Shown in pieces: positions 49,766 through 63,471 of a DNA stretch of 64,000 nt. Both the position numbers and the translations under genes were made by a program. Position 1 is the stretch's first letter. Every line of letters starts with the position of its first letter. The notes beneath the pieces were generated by a model, which worked only from the letters and a program-made list of their open reading frames with translations, was not told the origin of the DNA and made no database searches. Origin of the DNA: Escherichia coli (lineage in GTDB: Bacteria > Pseudomonadota > Gammaproteobacteria > Enterobacterales > Enterobacteriaceae); assembly GCF_003334385.1 (NCBI RefSeq), contig NZ_QOWN01000018.1. The stretch is one strand, 5' to 3'.

Positions 49766-50036
49766 CGAACGCCCTGCATACACCCCTCACTCTATATCAC
49801 TCTCACAAATTCGCTCAAATAATAAACAATAAACTCTGTTTTTTGATCTCACCCGGTAAAGTCGCCTATCTTTTCAGCAACAAAACTTGATTAACATCAA
49901 TTTTGGTATGACCAATGCACCATTCATGTTATTCTCAATAGCGAAGAACATTTTCATTGCTGTAACCTGTTGTTAATTAAGAGCTATGTTAATAACCATT
50001 AATTAACAATTGGTTAATAAATTTAAGGGGGTCACG

Positions 50037-51341
50037 TTGACTACGCCATTGAAAAAGATTGTGATTGTCGGCGGCGGTGCTGGTGGGCTGGAAATGGCAA
50101 CACAGCTGGGGCATAAGCTGGGACGCAAGAAAAAAGCCAAAATTACGCTGGTCGATCGTAACCACAGCCACCTGTGGAAACCGCTGCTGCACGAAGTGGC
50201 GACTGGCTCGCTTGATGAAGGCGTCGATGCGTTGAGCTATCTGGCCCATGCGCGCAATCATGGTTTCCAGTTCCAGCTGGGTTCCGTCATTGATATTGAT
50301 CGTGAAGCGAAAACAATCACTATTGCAGAACTGCGCGACGAGAAAGGTGAACTGCTGGTTCCGGAACGTAAAATCGCCTATGACACCCTGGTAATGGCGC
50401 TGGGTAGCACCTCTAACGATTTCAATACGCCAGGTGTCAAAGAGAACTGCATTTTCCTCGATAACCCGCACCAGGCGCGTCGCTTCCACCAGGAGATGCT
50501 GAATTTGTTCCTGAAATACTCCGCCAACCTGGGCGCGAATGGCAAAGTGAACATTGCGATTGTCGGCGGCGGCGCGACGGGTGTAGAACTCTCCGCTGAA
50601 TTGCACAACGCGGTCAAGCAACTGCACAGCTACGGTTACAAAGGCCTGACCAACGAAGCCCTGAACGTAACGCTGGTAGAAGCGGGAGAACGTATTTTGC
50701 CTGCGTTACCGCCACGTATCTCTGCTGCGGCCCACAACGAGCTAACGAAACTTGGCGTTCGCGTGCTGACGCAAACCATGGTCACCAGTGCTGATGAAGG
50801 CGGCCTGCACACTAAAGATGGCGAATATATTGAGGCTGATCTGATGGTATGGGCAGCCGGGATCAAAGCGCCAGACTTCCTGAAAGATATCGGTGGTCTT
50901 GAAACTAACCGTATCAACCAGCTGGTGGTGGAACCGACGCTGCAAACCACCCGCGATCCAGACATTTACGCTATTGGCGACTGCGCGTCATGCCCGCGTC
51001 CGGAAGGGGGCTTTGTTCCGCCGCGTGCTCAGGCTGCACACCAGATGGCGACTTGCGCAATGAACAACATTCTGGCGCAGATGAACGGTAAGCCGCTGAA
51101 AAATTATCAGTATAAAGATCATGGTTCGCTGGTATCGCTGTCGAACTTCTCCACCGTCGGTAGCCTGATGGGTAACCTGACGCGCGGCTCAATGATGATT
51201 GAAGGACGAATTGCGCGCTTTGTATATATCTCGCTATACCGAATGCATCAGATTGCGCTGCATGGTTACTTTAAAACCGGATTAATGATGCTGGTGGGGA
51301 GTATTAACCGCGTTATCCGTCCGCGTTTGAAGTTGCATTAA
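50037..51341 (+). CDS. ndh: Type II NADH:quinone oxidoreductase (NDH-2)
   Basis: ORF track 50010..51341; start placed at TTG 50037 ([19 protein letters not shown]..., FAD-binding GxGxxG), 434 aa. Confidence 0.95.
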
Positions 51342-51550
51342 TCGACGTACACTGGCGGATGTGGCATAAACGCCTCATCCGCCCTTGAGGAACAGCGCGA
51401 TCGGCAGCCGCGTTGTATCAGGCATCCTTTCAGACTCCTCCGAATCCTTAAGTATTTCCAGCCATTCCCGCGCTTTTCATCTTCTGTCTGATAGCTGCTT
51501 TTCTCCTTCGCTTGCATGATTGGCATAACTGCAAAGAAGGAGGTGTTCCC

Positions 51551-52090
51551 GTGAATAAATCAATGTTGGCGGGTATCGGGATTGGTGTCGCAGCTGCGCT
51601 GGGCGTAGCGGCAGTGGCCAGTCTGAACGTGTTTGAACGGGGCCCGCAATACGCTCAGGTTGTTTCTGCAACCCCAATCAAGGAAACGGTTAAAACACCG
51701 CGTCAGGAGTGTCGCAACGTCACAGTGACCCATCGTCGACCGGTGCAGGATGAAAATCGCATTACCGGGTCGGTGCTCGGCGCTGTTGCTGGCGGCGTGA
51801 TAGGGCATCAGTTTGGTGGTGGTCGCGGTAAAGATGTCGCCACTGTTGTGGGGGCGCTGGGTGGTGGATATGCCGGTAACCAGATCCAGGGCTCTCTCCA
51901 GGAAAGCGATACTTACACGACTACGCAACAGCGTTGTAAAACGGTGTATGACAAGTCAGAAAAAATGCTCGGTTATGATGTGACCTATAAGATTGGCGAT
52001 CAGCAGGGCAAAATCCGCATGGACCGCGATCCGGGTACGCAGATCCCGCTAGATAGCAACGGGCAACTGATTTTGAATAACAAAGTATAA
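51551..52090 (+). CDS. ycfJ: Glycine-zipper membrane/outer-membrane protein YcfJ
   Basis: ORF track 51512..52090; start placed at GTG 51551 after SD AAGGAGGTG (MNKSMLAGIGIGVAAALGVAAVA...), 179 aa. Confidence 0.85.
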   Translation: MNKSMLAGIGIGVAAALGVAAVASLNVFERGPQYAQVVSATPIKETVKTPRQECRNVTVTHRRPVQDENRITGSVLGAVAGGVIGHQFGGGRGKDVATVVGALGGGYAGNQIQGSLQESDTYTTTQQRCKTVYDKSEKMLGYDVTYKIGDQQGKIRMDRDPGTQIPLDSNGQLILNNKV

Positions 52091-52112
52091 CAAGGCTGTA
52101 CTCTGCAATTTG

Positions 52113-52146
52113 GCCCCTCATTCGCTCAGGCTGAGGGGCTTTTTTT
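52113..52146. terminator. Bidirectional terminator between convergent ycfJ and comR
   Basis: GCCCCTCA-N11-TGAGGGGC followed by TTTTTTT on plus strand; A-rich sequence on the other side. Confidence 0.75.
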
Positions 52147-52151
52147 GCGAC

Positions 52152-52784
52152 TTATTTCACCAGTTCGGGCCATAAACGCAAAGTCGTTCCGGCAATCTGC
52201 ATCAGTTTTTCCAGCGATGCACCTTCGCGTGCGCTGATCGACATCCCCTGAATAATACAATTAAGGAATTCTGCCAGATGTGTCACGTCACAGTGGGGCG
52301 GGATTTCCCCGCGCGCTTGTCGTTGACATAAAAACTGCTGCAAAGTGCGCTCTTGCATCGCATGGCGTGATTTCAACGTATTGGCGATATCTCCTGAATC
52401 TGGGGAGAGGGTGGTGCAGTTGTTGATCATGAAGCAGCCTGCCGGGGTGTCTTTGCTGGTAAAGCAGTTGGCGATGGCAGCAAAATAGTCAGCCAGCGCA
52501 GACTCCACGCTTTTCTCTTCACAAAACAGCTGTGCTTCATGCTTAGCGGCAAAACGATCGATATAGCGGTCGAGAACGGCACGAAATAACCCCTCTTTGT
52601 TGGTAAATTCCGCGTATAGCGTGGGCGCTTTGGCTCCGGTCGCTTCGACGAGGTCCGCAAGAGAAGTCGCTTCATAACCGTGTTGCCAGAACAATTTCAT
52701 GGCCTTATCAAGCGCGGCATCCCTGTCGAACACTTTTGGGCGGCCACGGCTTTTTTTTACACATTGTGTTGAGTCAGTTGCCAT
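52152..52784 (-). CDS. comR: TetR-family copper-responsive repressor ComR (YcfQ)
   Basis: ORF track 52152..52862; start placed at ATG 52784 (MATDSTQCVKKSRGRPKVFDRDAALDKAMKLF..., TetR HTH), 210 aa. Confidence 0.85.
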   Translation of the reverse strand: MATDSTQCVKKSRGRPKVFDRDAALDKAMKLFWQHGYEATSLADLVEATGAKAPTLYAEFTNKEGLFRAVLDRYIDRFAAKHEAQLFCEEKSVESALADYFAAIANCFTSKDTPAGCFMINNCTTLSPDSGDIANTLKSRHAMQERTLQQFLCQRQARGEIPPHCDVTHLAEFLNCIIQGMSISAREGASLEKLMQIAGTTLRLWPELVK

Positions 52785-52939
52785 GATGCCGTTGTACCTG
52801 GTGACTGTGAATGAAAGGTTATTATAAAAATAATCACCTCCGTTCACCAGTCCAGATCCCATAAAAATAATTGCTTTCTATTTAACTGAAATTTAAAGAT
52901 TTTTAAATTAATTAATGATTGTTATAAAAAATATCTTGT

Positions 52940-52957
52940 ATGTGATCCAGATCACAT
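52940..52957. promoter_or_regulatory. Operator-like perfect inverted repeat upstream of bhsA (candidate ComR site)
   Basis: ATGTGATC-CA-GATCACAT, 8-bp perfect arms with 2-bp spacer, 68 bp upstream of the bhsA ATG in an AT-rich divergent region. Confidence 0.5.
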
Positions 52958-53024
52958 CTATCATTTAGTTATCGATCGTTAAGTAATTGCTTGCGACGTC
53001 ATTCATCTGCATAAGGCCACTATT

Positions 53025-53282
53025 ATGAAAAACGTAAAAACCCTCATCGCTGCGGCGATTTTAAGCTCCATGTCATTTGCCAGCTTTGCGGCTGTCGAAG
53101 TTCAGTCAACGCCAGAAGGCCAACAAAAAGTCGGTACAATCAGTGCTAACGCGGGGACAAATCTGGGATCGCTGGAAGAGCAGCTGGCGCAAAAAGCGGA
53201 TGAGATGGGCGCAAAATCTTTCCGTATTACTTCTGTAACCGGTCCGAATACCCTCCATGGAACAGCAGTAATTTATAAATAA
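53025..53282 (+). CDS. bhsA: Multiple-stress-resistance outer-membrane protein BhsA (YcfR/ComC)
   Basis: ORF track 85 aa with signal peptide MKNVKTLIAAAILSSMSFASFA. Confidence 0.9.
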   Translation: MKNVKTLIAAAILSSMSFASFAAVEVQSTPEGQQKVGTISANAGTNLGSLEEQLAQKADEMGAKSFRITSVTGPNTLHGTAVIYK

Positions 53283-53321
53283 GCATTAACCCTCATTAAT
53301 GCCTGCTACTGCTGATTTTTT

Positions 53322-53354
53322 CCCCGCGACATGCCGTGTCGCGGGGATTTTTTT
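53322..53354 (+). terminator. Rho-independent terminator of bhsA
   Basis: CCCCGCGAC-N7-GTCGCGGGG followed by ATTTTTTTAT. Confidence 0.8.
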
Positions 53355-53363
53355 ATCCGGGCT

Positions 53364-54323
53364 TTACAGCGTTTGTGGGCTCACTTGATGACGGCGGACA
53401 TCCACCGGCATCCCGGAACGGACATCCATCACATGTTGCATCACTTCAGCGTCAGTTTGTGCTGCATCTTTAAATGATTGCATTGCGCTATTCAGCGTAA
53501 TTGGCAGCAGCTGCGGATCGTCATCAATCTTCTCTGACAGCGGCTGATGTACTTCAACCAGACGCGCACCGTTTGGTTCGGCAGAGACTTTTATCGGAGT
53601 GTTGATGATATTCACTTTGGTGCCTGGGGTGACCTGGCTAAAGAGTGTTTTGATATCGTCATCCCGCAGACGAATACAGCCAGAACTTACCCGCATGCCA
53701 ATGCCGAAATCGGCGTTCGTACCATGAAGCAAATAAACGCCGCCATAGGCCGCCAGACGAATCGCATGATGGCCCATTGGGTTATCCGGTCCAGCCGGCA
53801 CTACCGCAGGCAACTCAATTCCCTGTGCTTTATAACGGGCGCGGATGTTTGCCGTTGGCGTCCAGGTTGGGTTTGCACGTTTGTCTGAAACGGTGGTCAC
53901 CATTGTCGGTGTCAGCGTGTCACCACCTAACTGACCAATACCTATTGGATACACGGTTACCGAATTTTTACCCGGCGGGTAGTAATAGAGACGCAGCTCC
54001 GCAATGTTGATCACAATGCCTTCGCGCGGCGCATCTGGAAGTAGGGTTTGCAACGGGATCGTTAACACGCTGCCCGCGCGCGGTACGTAAGGATCAACGC
54101 CGGGGTTAGCCTGTAACAGAGCGAGAAAGCCGACGTTGTATTTTTTGGCGATGGCTTCCAGAGAACCACCGTCATTTTCCACCACATGAAATTTGTTTTC
54201 GCCAACCAGACGACTGCCCGCTGGCGGCAGCGGCCAGGTGTTGGCTTTTGCCGGTAGCGCCAGCGCCACGGCAGCGGCGAACGTAAAAAACGTTAGCCAG
54301 CGAGAAAAACGCGTTTTGATCAT
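53364..54323 (-). CDS. ldtC: L,D-transpeptidase LdtC (YcfS)
   Basis: ORF track 53364..54329; start placed at ATG 54323 (MIKTRFSRWLTFFTFAAAVALALPAKA signal), 319 aa. Confidence 0.9.
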   Translation of the reverse strand: MIKTRFSRWLTFFTFAAAVALALPAKANTWPLPPAGSRLVGENKFHVVENDGGSLEAIAKKYNVGFLALLQANPGVDPYVPRAGSVLTIPLQTLLPDAPREGIVINIAELRLYYYPPGKNSVTVYPIGIGQLGGDTLTPTMVTTVSDKRANPTWTPTANIRARYKAQGIELPAVVPAGPDNPMGHHAIRLAAYGGVYLLHGTNADFGIGMRVSSGCIRLRDDDIKTLFSQVTPGTKVNIINTPIKVSAEPNGARLVEVHQPLSEKIDDDPQLLPITLNSAMQSFKDAAQTDAEVMQHVMDVRSGMPVDVRRHQVSPQTL

Positions 54324-54440
54324 CACCAAAAATCCATAATAAATATAAGGTTATTGTAATAAACAGATAAGCCTGAATTATGGATGGTGACAGTGTCGGA
54401 TAGTGCAGGGAAGTGCAAAGAATTTGTAAATGTTGCAGAT

Positions 54441-54460
54441 GGGGGCGCAGAAACGCCCCC
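54441..54460 (-). terminator. Candidate terminator hairpin downstream of mfd
   Basis: GGGGGCG-CAGAAA-CGCCCCC, 10 nt past the mfd stop; weak U-tract. Confidence 0.4.
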
Positions 54461-54469
54461 GATTTACCA

Positions 54470-57400
54470 TTAAGCGATCGCGTTCTCTTCCAGTTCACGC
54501 ATAAACTGGCGTACCCATTCGATACGCGTTTTCCGCTCACTCAAATCCTGAATAAATTTCAGGCGCGTCGGACCATCAAGGCGGTAATGCTGCGGCTGTT
54601 TTTGCAGCAAACCAATCAACCAGGCCGGATTAACGTGATTCTTCTCGGCAAATTCGATCACCCCGCCTTTCTCATTACCTTCCAGCTTCCTGATCCCCAG
54701 TTTCTGCGCTTGCTGGCGCAGACGGGCAATATCCAGCAGGGTACGCGCCGGATCTGGCAGCAGGCCGAAGCGATCGATAAGCTCGACTTTGATCTCTTCC
54801 AGTTCGTTTTCCGTTTTGGCGCTGGCAATACGTTTGTAGAACGACAGACGCGTGTTCACGTCAGGGATGAAATCATCTGGCAATAGCGACGGCATCCGCA
54901 GCTCGACTTCTGTTTGCTGGCTGGTGAGATCTTCCAGCGACGGCTCGCGTCCGGCTTTCAGTGCATCGACGGCGTTTTCCAGCAACTCCATATACAGCGA
55001 GAAACCGATGGTTTCCATTGAGCCGCTTTGTTCTTCGCCAAGCAGTTCACCCGCGCCGCGAATCTCCAGATCGTGCGTTGCCAGCGCAAAACCTGCCCCG
55101 AGATCTTCCAGCGAGGCAATTGCTTCAAGACGTTTTTGTGCATCGGTAGTCATCGCTTTTGGATGCGGTGTCAGCAACCATGCATATGCCTGATGATGCG
55201 AACGTCCGACGCGACCGCGTAACTGGTGCAGCTGCGCCAGACCGAAGTGATCCGCGCGTTCAATGATAATAGTGTTGGCTGTCGGGATGTCGATCCCGGT
55301 TTCGATAATGGTTGTACAAACCAGCACGTTGAAACGTTGATGATGGAAATCATTCATCACCCGTTCCAGTTCGCGCTCGCGCATCTGCCCGTGACCGATG
55401 GCGATCCGCGCTTCTGGCACCAGTTCTGCCAGCCGTTCGGCGGCTTTCTGAATGTTTTCCACATCATTGTAGAGATAATAAACCTGTCCTCCGCGCAAAA
55501 TTTCACGCAGGATCGCCTCCCGGACCACCATGCTGTCATACTCACGGACAAAGGTTTTAACTGCCAGACGACGGGCGGGCGGCGTGGCGATAATCGACAG
55601 GTCACGCATTCCGCTCATTGCCATATTCAGCGTACGTGGGATCGGCGTTGCAGTAAGCGTCAGAATATCCACGTTCGCGCGCATCGCTTTAATGCGCTCT
55701 TTATGACGCACCCCGAAGCGGTGTTCTTCATCGACAATCAGCAGGCCTAAATCTTTAAACTTGACGTCACTTTGCAGCAGTTTGTGCGTACCGATCAGAA
55801 TATCGATTTTCCCTTCCGCCACTTCCGCAAGGATTTGCGTCTGCTCTTTGGCGCTGCGGAAACGGGAGATCATTTCGATACGTACCGGCCAGTTGGCGAA
55901 ACGGTCGCGGAAGTTGTCGTAATGCTGCTGCGCGAGAAGGGTGGTAGGCACCAGCACCGCCACCTGCTTGTGGTTATCTACTGCCAGGAAAGCTGCGCGC
56001 ATCGCCACTTCTGTTTTACCAAAGCCAACATCGCCGCACACCAGACGATCCATTGCCAGCGGCTGACACATGTCGCTAAGTACCGCATTAATGGCCTGCG
56101 CCTGATCCGGCGTGGTTTCAAACGGGAAGCTGTCGCAGAACAACTGATACTGCTCACGATCGTGTTTAAACGCGAAGCCCTCTTTGGCGGCGCGTTGCGC
56201 GTAGATATCCAGCAATTCCGCCGCCACATCACGCACTTTTTCCGCCGCTTTCTGCCGCGCGCGTGACCACGCATCGCCGCCAAGTTTATGCAGCGGGGCG
56301 TTTTCTTCCGCGCCACCTGCGTAACGGCTAATCAGATGCAGTGACGACACCGGAACATACAGTTTGGCGTCGTTGGCATAGGTGAGCATCAGATACTCGC
56401 CAGTAATGCCACCCGCTTCCAGCGTGGTCATTCCGGCATAACGACCGACGCCGTGCTCCAGATGGACCACCGGCTGACCAATATGCAGTTCCGCAAGGTT
56501 ACGGATCAGTGTATCGGGGTTGATGGTGCGGCGAGAATCCTGACGACGACGGGCAACGCGTTCACCGAGCAGATCGCTTTCGCAAATCAGCGCCAGATTA
56601 CGCACCGTATCGACAAAACCATGTTCGGCAGCGCCAATCATCAGATAACGCCCACGGTCGCTGGCTTCATCAAGACGCATAATGCGTTGCGGAGCAATTT
56701 TAATTCGTGCGAGCAGTTCACCCAGCGCTTCACGGCGACCTTCACTTTCTACCGAGAACACCACCGGACCGTCGAAAGTCTCGAGGAACTTACGCAGCGC
56801 ATCCAGCGGCGCTTTTTGTTGTGCCTGAACGGCCAGGTCTGGCAGTTTCTGGAAACCTAAATTGGCATTCGCGGCTTTTGTCGGTAAATGTTCAGTTTTT
56901 AGCTGCACCCGGGGCCAGTTTTTCAGCTCTGAGAAGAGCTCGTCCACCCGCAGCCAGAGCGATTGTGGTGGCAACAGCGGGCGCATCGGATCGACGCCGC
57001 GATTCTCAAAACGCGCCAGCGTGTCAGCCTGGAAACGTTCGGCACTGGTTTCCAGATCGCCAGTATTCACGAGCAAGGTATTGGCAGGGAAATAACTGAA
57101 CAGCGGCGGCAGTGGTTCGCTGAAGAACAATGGCTGCCAGTACTCGATCCCGGCAGGTAATGTGCCTTTACTCACTTGCTGGTAAATATGTTCTGGATCG
57201 CGCTTCACTTCGAAGGTATCGCGCCACTGGCTGCGGAACAGTTCAATTGCCGCTTTATCGGTCGGAAATTCGTGCGCGGGCAGCAGATTGATCGCTTCTA
57301 CTTCCTCCAGCGTGCGCTGGCTGTCGACGTCAAACACCCGCAGGCTGTCGATTTCATCATCAAAGAAATCAAGACGATAAGGCAGCTCACTCCCCATCGG

Positions 57401-57916
57401 GAAGAGATCCAGCAACGCGCCGCGCGTGGCGTATTCGCCGTGCTCCATCACCTGGTCAACATGGCGATAACCGGCGCTGTCCAGTTGGGTTCGTAATGCA
57501 TCTCGTGACAGGCGCTGACCTTTTTTCATCACCAGCGCATGACCGTGGAGAAAACTGTGTGGGCAAACGCGCTGCATAAGCGTATTCACCGGAACAATCA
57601 GTACGCCACGCTGCATCGTCGGTAGCTGGTAAAGGGTGGAAAGGCGCGAGGAGATAATGTCCTGATGAGGCGAAAAACTGTCGTAGGGAAGAGTTTCCCA
57701 GTCCGCCAGATTCATCACCATTTGATCGGTAAACTGGCTGATTTCATCATGCAAACGCAGAGCATTTTGCATATCTGGTGCAATGAGTACCACCGGACCG
57801 GCGTGACGTTCGGCAATTTCCGCTACCAGCGTTGCACAGGCTGCGCCGGTTAACTCGCCCAGCAGACGCTGCTCACCCGCTTTGACGGGCAGCGTATAAC
57901 GATATTGTTCAGGCAT
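54470..57916 (-). CDS. mfd: Transcription-repair coupling factor
   Basis: ORF track 54470..57979; start placed at ATG 57916 (MPEQYRYTLPVKAGEQRLLGELTGAA...), 1148 aa; DEAH-box helicase motifs. Confidence 0.95.
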   Translation of the reverse strand: MPEQYRYTLPVKAGEQRLLGELTGAACATLVAEIAERHAGPVVLIAPDMQNALRLHDEISQFTDQMVMNLADWETLPYDSFSPHQDIISSRLSTLYQLPTMQRGVLIVPVNTLMQRVCPHSFLHGHALVMKKGQRLSRDALRTQLDSAGYRHVDQVMEHGEYATRGALLDLFPMGSELPYRLDFFDDEIDSLRVFDVDSQRTLEEVEAINLLPAHEFPTDKAAIELFRSQWRDTFEVKRDPEHIYQQVSKGTLPAGIEYWQPLFFSEPLPPLFSYFPANTLLVNTGDLETSAERFQADTLARFENRGVDPMRPLLPPQSLWLRVDELFSELKNWPRVQLKTEHLPTKAANANLGFQKLPDLAVQAQQKAPLDALRKFLETFDGPVVFSVESEGRREALGELLARIKIAPQRIMRLDEASDRGRYLMIGAAEHGFVDTVRNLALICESDLLGERVARRRQDSRRTINPDTLIRNLAELHIGQPVVHLEHGVGRYAGMTTLEAGGITGEYLMLTYANDAKLYVPVSSLHLISRYAGGAEENAPLHKLGGDAWSRARQKAAEKVRDVAAELLDIYAQRAAKEGFAFKHDREQYQLFCDSFPFETTPDQAQAINAVLSDMCQPLAMDRLVCGDVGFGKTEVAMRAAFLAVDNHKQVAVLVPTTLLAQQHYDNFRDRFANWPVRIEMISRFRSAKEQTQILAEVAEGKIDILIGTHKLLQSDVKFKDLGLLIVDEEHRFGVRHKERIKAMRANVDILTLTATPIPRTLNMAMSGMRDLSIIATPPARRLAVKTFVREYDSMVVREAILREILRGGQVYYLYNDVENIQKAAERLAELVPEARIAIGHGQMRERELERVMNDFHHQRFNVLVCTTIIETGIDIPTANTIIIERADHFGLAQLHQLRGRVGRSHHQAYAWLLTPHPKAMTTDAQKRLEAIASLEDLGAGFALATHDLEIRGAGELLGEEQSGSMETIGFSLYMELLENAVDALKAGREPSLEDLTSQQTEVELRMPSLLPDDFIPDVNTRLSFYKRIASAKTENELEEIKVELIDRFGLLPDPARTLLDIARLRQQAQKLGIRKLEGNEKGGVIEFAEKNHVNPAWLIGLLQKQPQHYRLDGPTRLKFIQDLSERKTRIEWVRQFMRELEENAIA

Positions 57917-58020
57917 AACGGTTGTCAGATTCTCGTTAGGATATGCCTCAACATATGGGGGCATATCTCTGATAAGCAATGCTGTTCATTATCCGTAATC
58001 GACATGGTTTAGCAAATTGA

Positions 58021-58040
58021 ATCGCCCCGGCTGGGGCGAT
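58021..58040 (-). terminator. Palindromic hairpin downstream of ycfT
   Basis: ATCGCCCC-GGCT-GGGGCGAT perfect palindrome, 3 nt past the ycfT stop. Confidence 0.4.
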
Positions 58041-58043
58041 GGC

Positions 58044-59117
58044 TTAGCGGGAGTAACTGACGGCAGCGGGCAGTGAAGGCGGGGAGAACAACAGATCGCT
58101 GAATGCACGCTGTGAAAGTTTTCTTACCAGCAAGCCCGCAACAGTACAGATGAACAAACTGACAAAGGGATAAACCAGCAGGAGTGTCAGTTCGACTTGC
58201 GGCGACCAGCGTGCTGCGTTCATTTGCGCAAGCAGAGTTAAGCTGAATATTTCAACCAGAATGCGATGGGTGGTGTAGATAGCAATGGTGTTGGAGCCAA
58301 TCACATTCAGCAGGCTGGTGGAGCGCATACCGAATCGTTGCTCGTATTGATAAAACAGCTTCATGATCACCACAATCGATACCAGCGACAACAGCAGCGA
58401 GATAGTAAACAACCAGGCACCGACCGCCAGAACGGTAAGCAAAGAAGCCATCAGCAGATGGCGGCGCAACGGCACCTCTTTAACACAGGTCATTATTGTT
58501 GCGCCAAACCATGCGCCAAGGCTGTAATAAGGCAAATTGCGGATCACACTGTTCATTCCCCACCACGGCGTGGGAACGAAATTAACCGCCACACTCAGCA
58601 GTACAAACAAGGCGAATAGTGGCAGCGCCAGACGGCTAAAAATTTTACATACCACGAAATAGACAATTAACGCATACAGATACCACAAGCTGGTGCTGGC
58701 GGTGATCATCCCGTGCAGGAACTCACCGGTGGAATCGGCATAAGCGGCATTGGAGGCATTGCTTAAATCGCGCTCAGGTGCCAGCCACTGGTTCAGCGCA
58801 CTTAACGCCAGCCACTGCACCACGCCCCAAAGCGCCAGCACCCAGAAGATGTTCCAGATCCGTTTATCGAGACAATTTCCCCACGGTACGCTGTCGATAT
58901 AGCGGCGAATCAAATAGCCGGATATAAAGAAAAAAACCGGCATACGAAAGGGGGCAAGGTAAAGATTGAAATAGATCCAGCATTTGCTCAGGACTTCCGA
59001 TAACGGATGCTGAAAAGTGGTCAGATGCGGATAAAAGGTAATGACCGAGTGATAAATCACCACCAGACAAATACATAACCCTTTGATCTGGTTAATCCAT
59101 AGCTCTTTTTGTTTCAT
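58044..59117 (-). CDS. ycfT: Acyltransferase-3-family inner membrane protein YcfT
   Basis: ORF track 357 aa, highly hydrophobic, multiple TM segments. Confidence 0.85.
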   Translation of the reverse strand: MKQKELWINQIKGLCICLVVIYHSVITFYPHLTTFQHPLSEVLSKCWIYFNLYLAPFRMPVFFFISGYLIRRYIDSVPWGNCLDKRIWNIFWVLALWGVVQWLALSALNQWLAPERDLSNASNAAYADSTGEFLHGMITASTSLWYLYALIVYFVVCKIFSRLALPLFALFVLLSVAVNFVPTPWWGMNSVIRNLPYYSLGAWFGATIMTCVKEVPLRRHLLMASLLTVLAVGAWLFTISLLLSLVSIVVIMKLFYQYEQRFGMRSTSLLNVIGSNTIAIYTTHRILVEIFSLTLLAQMNAARWSPQVELTLLLVYPFVSLFICTVAGLLVRKLSQRAFSDLLFSPPSLPAAVSYSR

Positions 59118-59267
59118 CAGGACAACACGCTCTTTTTTAATTTACATGCGGTTGATCCTGCGGGTTATGACCCGAGGTGTAATGGGTATCTGTCTGTATT
59201 GGATGATTTTTCAGATTAAGATCAGGCGGCAAGATTGATGATAAAACATGGCAATTTAGCCGATTGA

Positions 59268-62516
<3,249 letters not shown>

Positions 62517-62544
62517 AGGCAGTACATTAAAACAAGGAGCGGCA

Positions 62545-63456
62545 ATGTATTACGGGTTTGATATTGGTGGAACAAAAATTGCGCTTGGCGTGTTTGATAG
62601 CGGTCGGCAGTTGCAGTGGGAAAAGCGGGTGCCGACACCGCGTGACAGCTATGACGCATTTTTAGATGCAGTGTGTGAGCTGGTAGCTGAAGCTGACCAA
62701 CGTTTTGGCTGTAAAGGTTCTGTCGGCATCGGTATTCCGGGAATGCCGGAAACAGAAGATGGTACGCTGTATGCCGCCAATGTCCCCGCTGCCAGCGGTA
62801 AACCGCTGCGTGCCGACCTGAGCGCACGTCTTGATCGCGATGTACGCCTTGATAACGATGCCAACTGTTTTGCCCTTTCAGAAGCCTGGGATGATGAATT
62901 TACTCAATATCCACTGGTGATGGGGTTGATTCTCGGCACCGGTGTTGGCGGCGGGCTGATTTTCAACGGCAAACCGATTACCGGTAAAAGCTACATTACC
63001 GGCGAGTTTGGCCATATGCGTCTGCCGGTTGATGCGTTAACCATGATGGGGTTGGATTTCCCGTTACGCCGCTGCGGCTGTGGTCAGCATGGCTGCATTG
63101 AAAATTATCTGTCTGGTCGCGGTTTTGCGTGGCTGTATCAACACTATTATCATCAACCGTTGCAGGCTCCCGAAATTATTGCGCTTTATGATCAAGGCGA
63201 TGAGCAGGCAAGGGCGCACGTTGAGCGTTATCTGGATTTATTAGCGGTTTGTCTGGGAAATATCCTGACCATCGTTGACCCTGACCTGGTCGTCATTGGT
63301 GGTGGCTTATCGAATTTCCCGGCAATCACAACGCAACTGGCGGACAGGCTGCCTCGTCATCTCTTACCTGTAGCTCGTGTTCCGCGCATTGAACGCGCGC
63401 GCCACGGTGATGCGGGAGGAATGCGTGGTGCGGCCTTCCTACATCTAACCGATTAA
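62545..63456 (+). CDS. nagK: N-acetyl-D-glucosamine kinase
   Basis: ORF track 62485..63456; start placed at ATG 62545 ([18 protein letters not shown]..., ROK-type), 303 aa. Confidence 0.9.
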
Positions 63457-63471
63457 ACAACAGAGGTTGCT

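Noticed and set aside
51342-51550. Hairpin GGCGGATG-N14-CATCCGCC (51354-51383) as an ndh terminator
   Set aside because: No adjacent T-tract; the pairing is plausible but the evidence is insufficient to call an intrinsic terminator.
56453-57099. Several 100-160-aa plus-strand ORFs
   Set aside because: All lie antisense to mfd, with no independent signals.
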